From assembly GCA_964355175.1 (NCBI GenBank), contig CAYHBZ010000001.1:64445-128444 (forward strand): a stretch of 64,000 bases of DNA, in the 5' to 3' direction. The notes below the pieces were generated by a model, which did not search any database, was not told the origin of the DNA, and saw only the letters and a list, made by a program, of their open reading frames with translations. This DNA is from an uncultured Gammaproteobacteria bacterium. Lineage in GTDB: Bacteria > Patescibacteriota > Patescibacteriia > Magasanikbacterales > GWA2-37-8. This document shows positions 8,098 to 17,934 of this stretch, piece after piece (position 1 is the first letter of the stretch; each line of letters starts with the position of its first letter). The position numbers and the translations under genes are program-made.

Positions 8098-8808
8098 ATG
8101 ACCGCCACTATTAATAATTTTATTAAAGAGGTAAAGACTGCCGGCGACCAAACCAAAGCTACGGTTTTAAGTCGTTTTTTTAAAACCGGTAAAGGCCAGT
8201 ATGGGGAAGGTGATATCTTTTTGGGAGTATATGTACCGATTCAGCGCCAAATTGCCAAAAAATATTCCACCTTGCCGCTAATAGATATCCAAACTTTATT
8301 AAAAAGCAAAATTCATGAACATCGTTTGGGCGCTTTATTTATTCTCTGCGATCAGTTCAAAAAAGCCGATGAGAAGACCAAGGAAAAAATATTTAAATTT
8401 TATCTCAAAAATTCTAAGAGTGTAAATAATTGGGATCTGGTAGACTTATCCGCGCCAAATATTGTAGGGGAGTGGCTATCAAAAAAAAATAAAAAGATTT
8501 TATACAAATTAGCGCGCTCCAAAAATCTCTGGCAAAAACGAATAGCGATTGTGAGCACCTACACTTTTATCCGCGCCAAACAACTGGAAGATACAATCAA
8601 GATTTCCGAAATTCTGATAGGAGACACGCACGACCTGGTTCACAAAGCGGTCGGCTGGATGTTGCGCGAAGCCGGCAAGCGCGATGAAGCGGTATTGATA
8701 AAATTTTTGGACAAACACGCCGCCAAAATGCCCCGCACGATGCTAAGATACTCAATAGAAAAATTTAATCCATCGACACGTAAATACTATCTATGCCTCA
8801 AGCCATAA
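8098..8808 (+). CDS. DNA alkylation repair protein (AlkD-like)
   Basis: [34 protein letters not shown] and [11 protein letters not shown]. Confidence 0.92.
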   Translation: MTATINNFIKEVKTAGDQTKATVLSRFFKTGKGQYGEGDIFLGVYVPIQRQIAKKYSTLPLIDIQTLLKSKIHEHRLGALFILCDQFKKADEKTKEKIFKFYLKNSKSVNNWDLVDLSAPNIVGEWLSKKNKKILYKLARSKNLWQKRIAIVSTYTFIRAKQLEDTIKISEILIGDTHDLVHKAVGWMLREAGKRDEAVLIKFLDKHAAKMPRTMLRYSIEKFNPSTRKYYLCLKP

Positions 8809-9860
8809 CCTCAGCGGTAGCGCCAAAAAAACGCAATCATTTTATTTCATATATCAAAGGTTACGCTATCTTGAGTGTGCTTTTAATTCATATGATTGAT
8901 TGGTCCAATGTTATCATTGGACCGACTGGCATGTGGCTTAAAGAGCTTTTATATCCAGGCGTATTTTTCTTTATGGCCACTTCGGGTAGTGTGGTATATA
9001 TTGCGTATGCCAAATCGGAGACTTGGATCAAACCGGCCAAAAAATTATTTTTGCGCGGTCTGCAGTTGATAGGAATTTATTACGCGTACAACATCGTTAA
9101 ATTATTTATTTATGATTTTTCCAAAGAACCTTTTTATTGGCAGTTTACCAATAATGGTACGATGAGTCTAAAAAATATCGTGGAGCTCCGGGCCTATTCT
9201 GCCCCGATTTCTATTTTGATTACTATCGGCGTGATGATAATGTTATCGCCCTTACTTTTGGCTATTAGTAGAAAAATTAAATTCCCAAATTTAGTTCTTT
9301 CTCTTTTACTGACCGCTCTGCTGTATGCGGTTTATTGGCATACTTGGAGCGGCCCAATCGCTGATTTCCTATTTGCGCGCACCAATGTTATGTTTCCGAT
9401 AGCGCTTTGGTCTATTCCATTTTTAATCGGATATTTATTGGCCTCTTTCGGATTTGAAGAAAAAAGGAAATGGTGGGTATTAATTTTTGTGCCCCTGATG
9501 GCAGTATTTTATTATCTACGCGCGAAAACCGGCCTGGAGTTGAAGCCGTCGCATTCTATGTACCCGCTCCAAGCGTATTATATGGCAGCATCTTTATTCT
9601 TTGTTAGTATTTTATTTTATCTTTTTGCTTGGACCGAAAAAATACCTCTAGCATTGACGAAGAAAAAATTGGCGCTAATCAGATTTTTGGGTGATTACAC
9701 TTTGTCGGTTTATATTTGGCATTGGATAGTGGTGGATATTACCATTTGGATTTTTTATCCAAATACCAAATTAATTTGGGCTACAGTGATCGGATTTTTG
9801 TTGTTGTATATATTTATTAAGCGTGCTAAATTTAAGGAGTATTTAATGAACCAAGTTTAA
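8793..9860 (+). CDS. OpgC / acyltransferase-3-like polytopic membrane protein
   Basis: KG.AIL.VL.IH, F...SG and [10 protein letters not shown] motifs, about 10 TM segments. Confidence 0.7.
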   Translation: MPQAITSAVAPKKRNHFISYIKGYAILSVLLIHMIDWSNVIIGPTGMWLKELLYPGVFFFMATSGSVVYIAYAKSETWIKPAKKLFLRGLQLIGIYYAYNIVKLFIYDFSKEPFYWQFTNNGTMSLKNIVELRAYSAPISILITIGVMIMLSPLLLAISRKIKFPNLVLSLLLTALLYAVYWHTWSGPIADFLFARTNVMFPIALWSIPFLIGYLLASFGFEEKRKWWVLIFVPLMAVFYYLRAKTGLELKPSHSMYPLQAYYMAASLFFVSILFYLFAWTEKIPLALTKKKLALIRFLGDYTLSVYIWHWIVVDITIWIFYPNTKLIWATVIGFLLLYIFIKRAKFKEYLMNQV

Positions 9861-9863
9861 TAT

Positions 9864-10361
9864 ATGGATTTCTTAGCAATCTTCGCAGCTCAGTATTTAA
9901 TTTTTATAATTATTGCGGTCGGAATAGCTTTTTTCTTACACCGTCCGCGTGCCGAGAAAAGAGAAATTTTAGTTTTTTCTTTTATCACTTTGCCAATTAT
10001 TTTTATCGTTTCTAGAATTTGCGCGGCGTTGTATTACAACCCACGTCCTTTTGTGGATAATCAATTTCTGGCTTTAATACCACACAAACCAAACAATGGT
10101 TTTCCATCCGATCACACTCTGCTGTCCAGCGCTGTCGCCATGGTTGTCTGGCATTTCCACAAAAAAGTTGGTTATCTTTTATTGGCCTTGGCACTGCTCG
10201 TCGGTTTAGCTCGCGTCTATGTGGGCGTTCATCATTATTTAGATATTTTTACCAGTTTAATTATTAGTTTTGTGATAGTGTTGATAATAGAAAAAACAAT
10301 TTGGACAAAAATAAAATCACACCACAATTTTTTCGCCTTTTTTGATAGAATTAGATTCTAA
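9864..10361 (+). CDS. PAP2 family phosphatase (undecaprenyl-diphosphatase, BcrC-like)
   Basis: RPF, FPSDH, ARVYVGVHH.LD. Confidence 0.9.
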   Translation: MDFLAIFAAQYLIFIIIAVGIAFFLHRPRAEKREILVFSFITLPIIFIVSRICAALYYNPRPFVDNQFLALIPHKPNNGFPSDHTLLSSAVAMVVWHFHKKVGYLLLALALLVGLARVYVGVHHYLDIFTSLIISFVIVLIIEKTIWTKIKSHHNFFAFFDRIRF

Positions 10362-10466
10362 ATACTTAGAGAAAATGTCGCAAAAATAATTTTCTCTTGA
10401 CTAAATTTAATATAATTGATTTACTTCCTTCCATCACGCGATGGTTCTCGCGTGAATGGAGGGCCG

Positions 10467-10634
10467 ATGGCCTATAAAATCAAATGGGGACAAAGGAGCA
10501 ATCTGCGCTACCGTTGGACATGTACCCGCCCATGGGATCGTGGACCGTGCGGAGCGGAGAACGAAAAGCACCGGCAGAATTGCTGGAACTGCAATCGCGA
10601 ATTCAGTCCCGACCTCAGCAAAAAAGCAGCTTGA
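10467..10634 (+). CDS. Small RanBP2-like zinc-finger protein (55 aa)
   Basis: W-x-C-x8-C-x3-N-x6-C-x2-C. GGAGG SD just upstream of ATG 10467. GC-rich. Confidence 0.6.
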   Translation: MAYKIKWGQRSNLRYRWTCTRPWDRGPCGAENEKHRQNCWNCNREFSPDLSKKAA

Positions 10635-10757
10635 TTATGGGCCTTGGCGGCCTCGATGCCACTCTCGCAGTGGCAGGGGTCGAGAAAACAACTCGCACCC
10701 CACATTAATAGACTATAATAGCCCATTGATGTGGAGAAAAGGCGAGTTGTTTTTGTT

Positions 10758-10786
10758 TTGACAAATTCATCCTGTTTTAGTATAAT
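10758..10786 (+). promoter_or_regulatory. Sigma70 promoter of proS
   Basis: TTGACA, 17 bp, TATAAT. Confidence 0.85.
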
Positions 10787-10810
10787 AACCCCGTATTTTT
10801 ATTGTATTTT

Positions 10811-12037
10811 ATGTACTATTCCAAACTTTTTGGCAAAACCAGTAAGACAGTTTCAGCTGACGAAGAGAGTGTTAACGCTCAATTTCTTATCAGAGGCGGC
10901 TTTGTAAGTAAACAGATGGCGGGGGTATACAATTATTTACCTTTAGGTTTGCGTGTTTTGACCAAAATTCAAAACATTGTGCGCGAAGAAATGACCGAGA
11001 TTGGTGGAAATGAAATTCTCATGCCGACTCTTACTCAGGAAGAAAGCTATAAGACCACCGGACGCGACAACATGGATGTGCTTTTTCATACTGAAGGTCC
11101 AGGTGGTGCCAAATATGTACTCAATCCTACTCACGAAGAAATTGTTACACCGCTCGTACAAAAATATACCTTTTCTTACAACGATTTACCATTGGCAGTT
11201 TTTCAAATCCAAAATAAATACCGTAACGAACCACGCGCCAAATCCGGTATCTTGCGCGGCCGTGAATTCAATATGAAAGATTTGTATTCTTTTCACACCG
11301 GCGAAGAAAGTTTAAATGAGTTTTACGAAATCGCAAAAAAAGCTTACCACAAAGTATACGCTCGTTTAGGGTTGGGCGATCTTACTGTTCTTACCTACGC
11401 CTCCGGCGGTGCCTTTAGTCGTTACTCTCATGAATTTCAAACTCTATGTGAAGTTGGAGAAGACACTGTTTATTTTTGTGAAAAATGCCGCATTGGTATT
11501 AATAAAGAAATTATTGCTGACCAAAATTCTTGTCCGGAATGTGGCAATGTGGATCTGGCAGAAAAAAAAGGTATTGAAGTTGGAAACATCTTTAAATTAG
11601 GCACTAGATTTACCGATGCCTTTGAATTCAAATATCTAGACGCCGAAGGTAAAGAACAGCCTATTCCAATGGGTTGCTACGGTATTGGTCCCTCCCGTAT
11701 CATGGGTACGCTTGTAGAAGTATTTCACGACGACAAAGGTATAAAATGGCCGGAAAGTGTGGCGCCTTTTAAATATCATCTATTAGCCCTAGGAAAAGAA
11801 GATGAAACCTTTGTTGAAGCGGAGAAGATTTATAAAAATCTGGTTTCACAAGGCGTTGAAGTGCTATACGATGATCGTCGCGGCGTGACTGCTGGTGAAA
11901 AATTTGCTGACGCTGATTTAATCGGTTTGCCAATTCGTCTTGTAGTAAGCAAAAAAACTTTAGCCGAAAACTCAGTAGAACAAAAACTTCGCAACGAAAC
12001 CGAAGCTAGCTTGATAAAAATATCGGATCTGTTATAA
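10811..12037 (+). CDS. proS: Prolyl-tRNA synthetase (short form)
   Basis: LNPTHEE, RNEPRAKSGILRGREF.MKD.YSF, MGCYGIG, C-terminal anticodon-binding domain. Confidence 0.95.
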   Translation: MYYSKLFGKTSKTVSADEESVNAQFLIRGGFVSKQMAGVYNYLPLGLRVLTKIQNIVREEMTEIGGNEILMPTLTQEESYKTTGRDNMDVLFHTEGPGGAKYVLNPTHEEIVTPLVQKYTFSYNDLPLAVFQIQNKYRNEPRAKSGILRGREFNMKDLYSFHTGEESLNEFYEIAKKAYHKVYARLGLGDLTVLTYASGGAFSRYSHEFQTLCEVGEDTVYFCEKCRIGINKEIIADQNSCPECGNVDLAEKKGIEVGNIFKLGTRFTDAFEFKYLDAEGKEQPIPMGCYGIGPSRIMGTLVEVFHDDKGIKWPESVAPFKYHLLALGKEDETFVEAEKIYKNLVSQGVEVLYDDRRGVTAGEKFADADLIGLPIRLVVSKKTLAENSVEQKLRNETEASLIKISDLL

Positions 12038-12072
12038 ATCAAATAGGTTTAATCTCTGTAATTCTGTAATGT

Positions 12073-12720
12073 ATGCTTAATGCTGAAACGGTAAAGGAAA
12101 TCCACGCTAGTCTTTCAAAAATATTTCCAAATAATTTGGTTCTTATTGGTGGTAGCTATGCGGATCAAAAAGCTGTCGCCGATAGTGATCTGGACATCTT
12201 TCTTCTTTGCAGTTGGAATTTTTTCTTTAATCGAAAAAAGTACCAACCGCTAGTAAAGGATTTGAAAAGTAAATTTCCTCAATTGCAGATAATGCTCGTA
12301 CCAAATTTATTTTTTAAGTATGGTTGGTATAAGGTGTCTGGCACCGACATAAGCGGCCAAAGATACTCCTCGCCTTTGAATAAAAAAATAGTTTTTCGCA
12401 ATGCCGTAAAGCTTGCTTATTTTTATCTCCTCAAGTCTATCGATTCGCACCGCAAAGATTATTGGAAAAAACAATCGGACAAGCAAGCGTCTATTGCCAA
12501 AGAAAATTCAGCGGGAGAGAGTACTGAAAAATTAATGTCATTTTCTCTGTCCAATTATTTTATCTACAATCTTAAATTTATTCCCAAGGGTGACTTTCAG
12601 TTTTTATTTTCAAATCCGGATAAAAAAATTATTAACCTGCTCAAAGAAAAAGTAAAACAGAATAGCAACGCCGGACTATCGGCCATAGAAAAAATAGTTT
12701 TCCCCGTAATCATTTGGTAA
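12073..12720 (+). CDS. Nucleotidyltransferase-domain protein (Pol-beta superfamily)
   Basis: LIGGSYA...SDLDI signature. Confidence 0.7.
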   Translation: MLNAETVKEIHASLSKIFPNNLVLIGGSYADQKAVADSDLDIFLLCSWNFFFNRKKYQPLVKDLKSKFPQLQIMLVPNLFFKYGWYKVSGTDISGQRYSSPLNKKIVFRNAVKLAYFYLLKSIDSHRKDYWKKQSDKQASIAKENSAGESTEKLMSFSLSNYFIYNLKFIPKGDFQFLFSNPDKKIINLLKEKVKQNSNAGLSAIEKIVFPVIIW

Positions 12721-12723
12721 GCT

Positions 12724-13857
12724 ATGAACATCATCGCTCATTTTGACGAGATTTTTCTCAAAGGATCAAATCAAAAACATTTTATTTCCCGGTTAATTCA
12801 AAACCTGGAATTTTTGTTTAAGGGCATAAAAGTAAGCCGAATTGAGAGTGGTCTATGGATAGAAAATTTTGAAGAGGTGGAATTAGCGCGTCTAGCCCTT
12901 ATTCCCGGTATCGCCAATTTTGCACCGGCCTGGCTAGCAAAGCCGGAATTAAAGCACATTATCACATTAGCCGAAAGCCAAAATTGGGGAGGGGATATAA
13001 AAACTTTCCGTGTCAAAGCCGAACGCTCGGATAAAAATTTTCCACTCACCTCAATTGAAGTAGAAAAAGAAGTTGGATCGGCCATTAATATCAAATTTGG
13101 CTACAAAGTAAAATTAAAAGATCCAGAATTTAATTTGCATGTGAACATCGCCAAAGATCGCGCGATTGTGTTTGGTAATACTGTGCCTGGCGCGGGCGGA
13201 TTACCATCTGGCACAGCCGGCAAGGTGCTCTGTTTGCTCTCTGGAGGCATCGATAGCCCAATTGCGGCCTATCATATGATGCGCCGTGGCGCCACGATAG
13301 AATTGGTGCATTTTCAAAATCAAACCAAAGTTACTCAAGAAGTTTCTCAAAAAATTATTGACCTAGCAGAAGTATTATCCCAATACCAAGGTAAAATCAC
13401 TTTACATATCGTGCCGTTTGAACATTGGCAGAAACAAACCGTAATGAAAGTGCCATCTGATTATCGCATGCTTATTACTCGCCGCTTGATGTTTAAAATC
13501 AGTGAAGTAATTGCCGATAAAATTGACGCTCAAGCACTGGTGACCGGTGATTCCCTAGGCCAAGTCGCTTCGCAAACTTTAGAAAACTTGGATGTAGTAT
13601 ATTCCGCTACCAATATGCTGAAATTATCTCCACTAATTGGCGCCAATAAAATTGATATCATGAATTTGGCTAGAAAAATCGGTACACTGGAAATTTCCAA
13701 TCGTCCTTATGAAGATTGTTGCAGTCTCTTTGTCTCCAAACATCCTCAAACCAAAGCCCGACAAAGAGAAATAGATAAAATTGAAACCAATCTGGATTTT
13801 TCTGAGCTAAAAGACACGCCTTATATGTCATACAAAATAGGGATGACAAAAGAATAA
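12724..13857 (+). CDS. thiI: tRNA 4-thiouridine synthase (no rhodanese domain)
   Basis: EIFLKG.N, THUMP domain, LLSGGIDSP, GDSLGQVASQTLEN, EDCCSLF. Confidence 0.95.
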   Translation: MNIIAHFDEIFLKGSNQKHFISRLIQNLEFLFKGIKVSRIESGLWIENFEEVELARLALIPGIANFAPAWLAKPELKHIITLAESQNWGGDIKTFRVKAERSDKNFPLTSIEVEKEVGSAINIKFGYKVKLKDPEFNLHVNIAKDRAIVFGNTVPGAGGLPSGTAGKVLCLLSGGIDSPIAAYHMMRRGATIELVHFQNQTKVTQEVSQKIIDLAEVLSQYQGKITLHIVPFEHWQKQTVMKVPSDYRMLITRRLMFKISEVIADKIDAQALVTGDSLGQVASQTLENLDVVYSATNMLKLSPLIGANKIDIMNLARKIGTLEISNRPYEDCCSLFVSKHPQTKARQREIDKIETNLDFSELKDTPYMSYKIGMTKE

Positions 13858-13890
13858 AAATTCTGTATAATAATAATACTTCTTAACAAT

Positions 13891-13960
13891 CGTCATTCTG
13901 AGTGAAACGAAGAATCCCTTAAAGTTTGGCAAGGGATCCTTCGCTGCGTTCAGAATGACA
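13891..13960. repeat. REPIN-like palindromic repeat, copy 1
   Basis: GTCATTCTGAGTGAAACGAAGAATCCC ... GGGATCCTTCGCTGCGTTCAGAATGAC. Confidence 0.85.
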
Positions 13961-13976
13961 ATAAAAAATATAAAAT

Positions 13977-14579
13977 ATGCCATACGAAGTAGTATTTGAT
14001 ATTGAAACCCAAAATACCTTTGCTGAAGTAAACAACGATTTTAAGAAATTAAAAATTTCGGTTGTTTCTATTTATCGTAGCGATACCGACGCCTATGAAA
14101 GCTTTACGGAGAGTGAGCTCAGTCGCCTGTGGCCAATTCTTGAGAAATCCAACCGTATCATCGGTTTCAACAGCGAACACTTTGATGTGCCGGTGTTGAA
14201 CAACTATTATTTAGGTGACCTTTCACAGTTACCGCACCTAGATATCATGAAAGAAGTGAGAAGTAGCCTAGGTATTCGCCTCAAACTTTCTAGCATCGCC
14301 GAAGCTACTCTGGATAATGTCACGAAAAGCGCGGACGGTCTCGCCGCTATTCGTTGGTGGAAAGAAGGAAAAATTGATGAAATTAAAAAATATTGTGAGC
14401 AGGATGTGCGCGTGACCAAAGAATTGTATGATTTTGGTGTTACCAACAAACAGCTTTTTTACAAAAATCTTACTGGTGAAATTCTGCCCTTTGCCGTAAA
14501 TTTCGCGAAACCGGAAAAACCCCTCAACGCCAGTGGCGCTCCGGCTAACGCCAATATCAATTATACTTTGCCTTTTTAA
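13977..14579 (+). CDS. RNase H-like (DEDD/YprB-type) exonuclease domain protein
   Basis: VFDIETQ, IGFNSEHFD.PVL, YCEQDV. Confidence 0.85.
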   Translation: MPYEVVFDIETQNTFAEVNNDFKKLKISVVSIYRSDTDAYESFTESELSRLWPILEKSNRIIGFNSEHFDVPVLNNYYLGDLSQLPHLDIMKEVRSSLGIRLKLSSIAEATLDNVTKSADGLAAIRWWKEGKIDEIKKYCEQDVRVTKELYDFGVTNKQLFYKNLTGEILPFAVNFAKPEKPLNASGAPANANINYTLPF

Positions 14580-14580
14580 T

Positions 14581-14982
14581 ATGTTTAGTATTCGCCGCGA
14601 AACTGATTATGCCATCAAGCTGTTAAAAGCTTTGAGCCAATCAAAAAGGGACACGGTGATGTCTTTAAATAAAATTTCCAAAAATACAAAAATTTCTTTT
14701 TTGTTTTTACAAAAAATTGCCCGCAAATTACGCCTAGCAGGCTTAATTGAAGCGCACCAAGGAGTGGAGGGTGGGTATCGTCTTAAAATTGAATCCAAAA
14801 AAATCTCTCTTAAAAAAATAATCGAAGCTACCGAAGGGAAATGTTGTATAATTGCTTGTAATAATGAAAAAAAATTAGATTGCTGTCCGGGAGATTCCAG
14901 CACCCCTTCTCAAAAAAAATTAATAAAAATTAATAAAAAAATTGTTAAAATTCTAGATCAGACCAAACTTAGCCAAATATAA
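14581..14982 (+). CDS. Rrf2 family transcriptional regulator (IscR-like)
   Basis: DYAIK.L, FLQKI...L..AGLI....G..GGY.L, Cys-containing C-terminal part. Confidence 0.9.
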   Translation: MFSIRRETDYAIKLLKALSQSKRDTVMSLNKISKNTKISFLFLQKIARKLRLAGLIEAHQGVEGGYRLKIESKKISLKKIIEATEGKCCIIACNNEKKLDCCPGDSSTPSQKKLIKINKKIVKILDQTKLSQI

Positions 14983-14984
14983 TT

Positions 14985-16193
14985 ATGATACCAAAACCAA
15001 AGAAAATTAAAGAAATATATTTGGACCACGCCGCTACTACTTATACCGACCCACAGGTAGTAAAGGCGATGTTACCTTACTTTACCGAAATTTATGGCAA
15101 CCCCTCGGCTTTATACCACAAAGGAATAGAAGCAAACGGTGCGCTAAATGATGCCCGGCGCACTGTTTCCAAGCTAATCGGCGCCTTGCCGGAAAATATT
15201 ATTTTTACTGCCGGCGGAAGTGAATCGGATAATTTGGCAATTTATGGAATCGCTGAGGCATATAGTGACAAAGGGAAACATATTATCACCACGGCTATTG
15301 AACATCATGCCGTCTCACATCCTTTTGAGGATCTAAAAAAACAAGGATGGGAAGTCACTTACCTAAAAGTAGATGAGGAAGGATTTGTAGATATAAATGA
15401 ATTTAAGAAAGCTTTACGCCCAGATACTGTTTTGGTTTCTGTAATGTATGCCAACAATGAGATTGGTACTGTCGAGCCAATTAGTGAAATTGGTCGTGAA
15501 ATTTTAAAATACCGCAAAGATAATAATACCGCCTATCCATATTTTCATACCGACGCCTGTCAGGCCGCGGAGTATTTATCACTTGATGTAGAAAAATTGC
15601 ACACAGACCTGATGACAATCAACGGTAGTAAAATTTATGGACCAAAAGGAATTGGTATACTATATGTACGCCGTGGTGTAAAAATTAAGCCACAAATAGT
15701 AGGTGGTGGCCAAGAGCGCCATTTGCGCGCCGGCACGGAAAATGTTCCTGCTATCATAGGTTTTGCCAAAGCTCTAGAGCTGGCCCAAGAAAATGGATCC
15801 AAAGAAAATGCTCGCCTGACAAAACTTACCGAATATTTTTTAAAAGAATTGGAAGAAAAAATTCCAAAAATAAAATTAAATGGCCCGCCGATTGGACCAG
15901 AGCGTTTGCCCAACAACCTAAACATTGCCTTTGAGGATGTAGAAGGGGAGGCGCTGTTGCTATATTTAGATGAGTATGGCATCATGTGCTCCAATGGTAG
16001 CGCTTGCACCAGCGAATTGGTAGAGCCCTCACATGTGCTCACTGCCATGGGACTGAGCCCCAAGCTAGCTCAAAGCAGTATTCGCTTTACTCTGGGACAC
16101 AACACCGCAAAAGATGACATTGATTATGTGATGAAATATTTGCCCGAAATAGTTCAAGGATTGCGGGAAATTAATAAAATAAATTCCAAATAA
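14985..16193 (+). CDS. iscS: Cysteine desulfurase (IscS/NifS group I)
   Basis: YLDHAATT, IEHHAV, HTDACQ, KIYGPKG, RAGTENV, GSAC. Confidence 0.93.
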   Translation: MIPKPKKIKEIYLDHAATTYTDPQVVKAMLPYFTEIYGNPSALYHKGIEANGALNDARRTVSKLIGALPENIIFTAGGSESDNLAIYGIAEAYSDKGKHIITTAIEHHAVSHPFEDLKKQGWEVTYLKVDEEGFVDINEFKKALRPDTVLVSVMYANNEIGTVEPISEIGREILKYRKDNNTAYPYFHTDACQAAEYLSLDVEKLHTDLMTINGSKIYGPKGIGILYVRRGVKIKPQIVGGGQERHLRAGTENVPAIIGFAKALELAQENGSKENARLTKLTEYFLKELEEKIPKIKLNGPPIGPERLPNNLNIAFEDVEGEALLLYLDEYGIMCSNGSACTSELVEPSHVLTAMGLSPKLAQSSIRFTLGHNTAKDDIDYVMKYLPEIVQGLREINKINSK

Positions 16194-16196
16194 TAT

Positions 16197-16520
16197 ATGA
16201 GTGACAATAATGTGCGTGTTTGCTGTGGGATGACCTGCGGCGTGATGGGAGCCGGTAAAATCATGAGAAAAATAGAAGCTGAAACTGGAGTCAAGCAAGG
16301 TGAACATGATGACAAGACAGACTTGGCTTATTGCACCTGTACTGGCAATTGCCATGTGGCGCCCAGTGTGATGGTAAATGGAAATTTTATTCACGAAGCT
16401 AAAGAAGAAACTATTATGTCCGAAATTGAAGAAACCGCCAAACAACCAAAACAAGAAACTACAATTTCGGATGCGACGATTGATGAAATTTTGAATAATG
16501 ATTTTCTCAATGATGTCTAA
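16197..16520 (+). CDS. Thioredoxin-like [2Fe-2S] ferredoxin (NuoE-like)
   Basis: C-x4-C ... CTGNC.VAP...VNG. Confidence 0.8.
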   Translation: MSDNNVRVCCGMTCGVMGAGKIMRKIEAETGVKQGEHDDKTDLAYCTCTGNCHVAPSVMVNGNFIHEAKEETIMSEIEETAKQPKQETTISDATIDEILNNDFLNDV

Positions 16521-16522
16521 AC

Positions 16523-17176
16523 ATGTCTGAAATTATTACTACATATTTACTCGATGATTTGGATCAGCCTATACCAATGGATAGGACTGAATTTTATGAT
16601 AGTCAAATAGAACTTGCAAAGAAAGGTGAAAAACCCAATAGAGCAATTGGGGTTGCGCAAATTTTATTGTTTACTCAAGACGGAGATATAATTATCCAAA
16701 AACGCTCTAGATCCAAAAAACACAATCCTGAAAAACTTGATAAAACCGTAGGAGGACATATAGTATTTGGTGATTCGCCAAGCTATACGGTGATGGCAGA
16801 AACTTTACAAGAAATGTCTATCCCAGCTTTTGTATTAAACTCAGAAGAAGACTTTAGAAAAACTTTCAAACTTCTTTCCGGTCATTTAAGCAATTCGGCC
16901 CTAATCCAGTTTATCGATAGCCATACCGATACTTTTATAAAAGAATTTTCTGGACATGAAAAAGTTTCTATTATAAACAAGTATTATTTCTATATTGGTG
17001 TCTACAACGGCTCAATTAGACCAGCTGACAAAGAAGCCGCTGGAATTTTGTTTTATAACTTTGACCAACTAAAAAAAGAAATTACTGAAAATCCACAAAT
17101 TTTCACATCCGATCTAAAATTCTTTATTGATAAATACAATAATAAAATTAATAAGTTTTTAACTAAAATCAAGTAA
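16523..17176 (+). CDS. NUDIX / IDI-like hydrolase
   Basis: IIQKRS..K..NP...D.TVGGH...G.S....V..E..QE. Confidence 0.75.
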   Translation: MSEIITTYLLDDLDQPIPMDRTEFYDSQIELAKKGEKPNRAIGVAQILLFTQDGDIIIQKRSRSKKHNPEKLDKTVGGHIVFGDSPSYTVMAETLQEMSIPAFVLNSEEDFRKTFKLLSGHLSNSALIQFIDSHTDTFIKEFSGHEKVSIINKYYFYIGVYNGSIRPADKEAAGILFYNFDQLKKEITENPQIFTSDLKFFIDKYNNKINKFLTKIK

Positions 17177-17267
17177 AAGGCCAATAATATTGACAAAAAC
17201 TAAAAACCTTCGAAACTCGGGGGTTTTATTGATTTTAAACGGATAATCTGTTATTATATATAGGATT

Positions 17268-17930
17268 ATGTCTGGAAAACTCTTTATTGTAGCTACGCCG
17301 ATAGGCAACCTATCCGACATCACTTTACGCGCTTTAGAAACTCTCAAAAGCGTGGATTTTATTTTATGCGAAGATACGCGTGTGAGTAAAAAATTATTAG
17401 ATCATTACGAAATAAAAAAATCCCTGATTAGCTACCACCAACACAGTGATTATAAAAAAGTAAAAGAAATAAAAGATTTACTCGATGCGGAAAAAAATCT
17501 GGCACTAATTACGGATGCCGGCACACCGGGTATAAGCGATCCTGGGAATATGCTTATTGCCGAGTTATTAAAAAATAATGTGACCATAGTGCCAATTCCA
17601 GGCGTGTCCGCAATCGCCACCGCCCTAAGTGTCTGCGGATTCCCAACCGATAAATTTTTATTTCTTGGATTTCCTCCACATAAAAACAAACGCCAAAAAT
17701 TTTTTAAAGAAGCGGTATCACATGAATTTACAACTGCTTTTTACGAATCCGGCCACAGAATCATGAAATGTCTAAAAGAGCTCAAAGAATATGCGGATCC
17801 CAAACGCCAAATCATGGTAGGCAGAGAGCTTACGAAGCAATTTGAAACCATTTACCGAGGTACAATCGACGAAATAATGAGTCAAATGAAGGAAGAAAGA
17901 GGGGAATTTGTAGTAATAATTAGCCGCTAA
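17268..17930 (+). CDS. rsmI: 16S rRNA C1402 2'-O-methyltransferase
   Basis: VATPIGNL.DIT.RA, CEDTR, DAGTPGISDPG, RELTK.FE. Confidence 0.96.
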   Translation: MSGKLFIVATPIGNLSDITLRALETLKSVDFILCEDTRVSKKLLDHYEIKKSLISYHQHSDYKKVKEIKDLLDAEKNLALITDAGTPGISDPGNMLIAELLKNNVTIVPIPGVSAIATALSVCGFPTDKFLFLGFPPHKNKRQKFFKEAVSHEFTTAFYESGHRIMKCLKELKEYADPKRQIMVGRELTKQFETIYRGTIDEIMSQMKEERGEFVVIISR

Positions 17931-17934
17931 TCCT

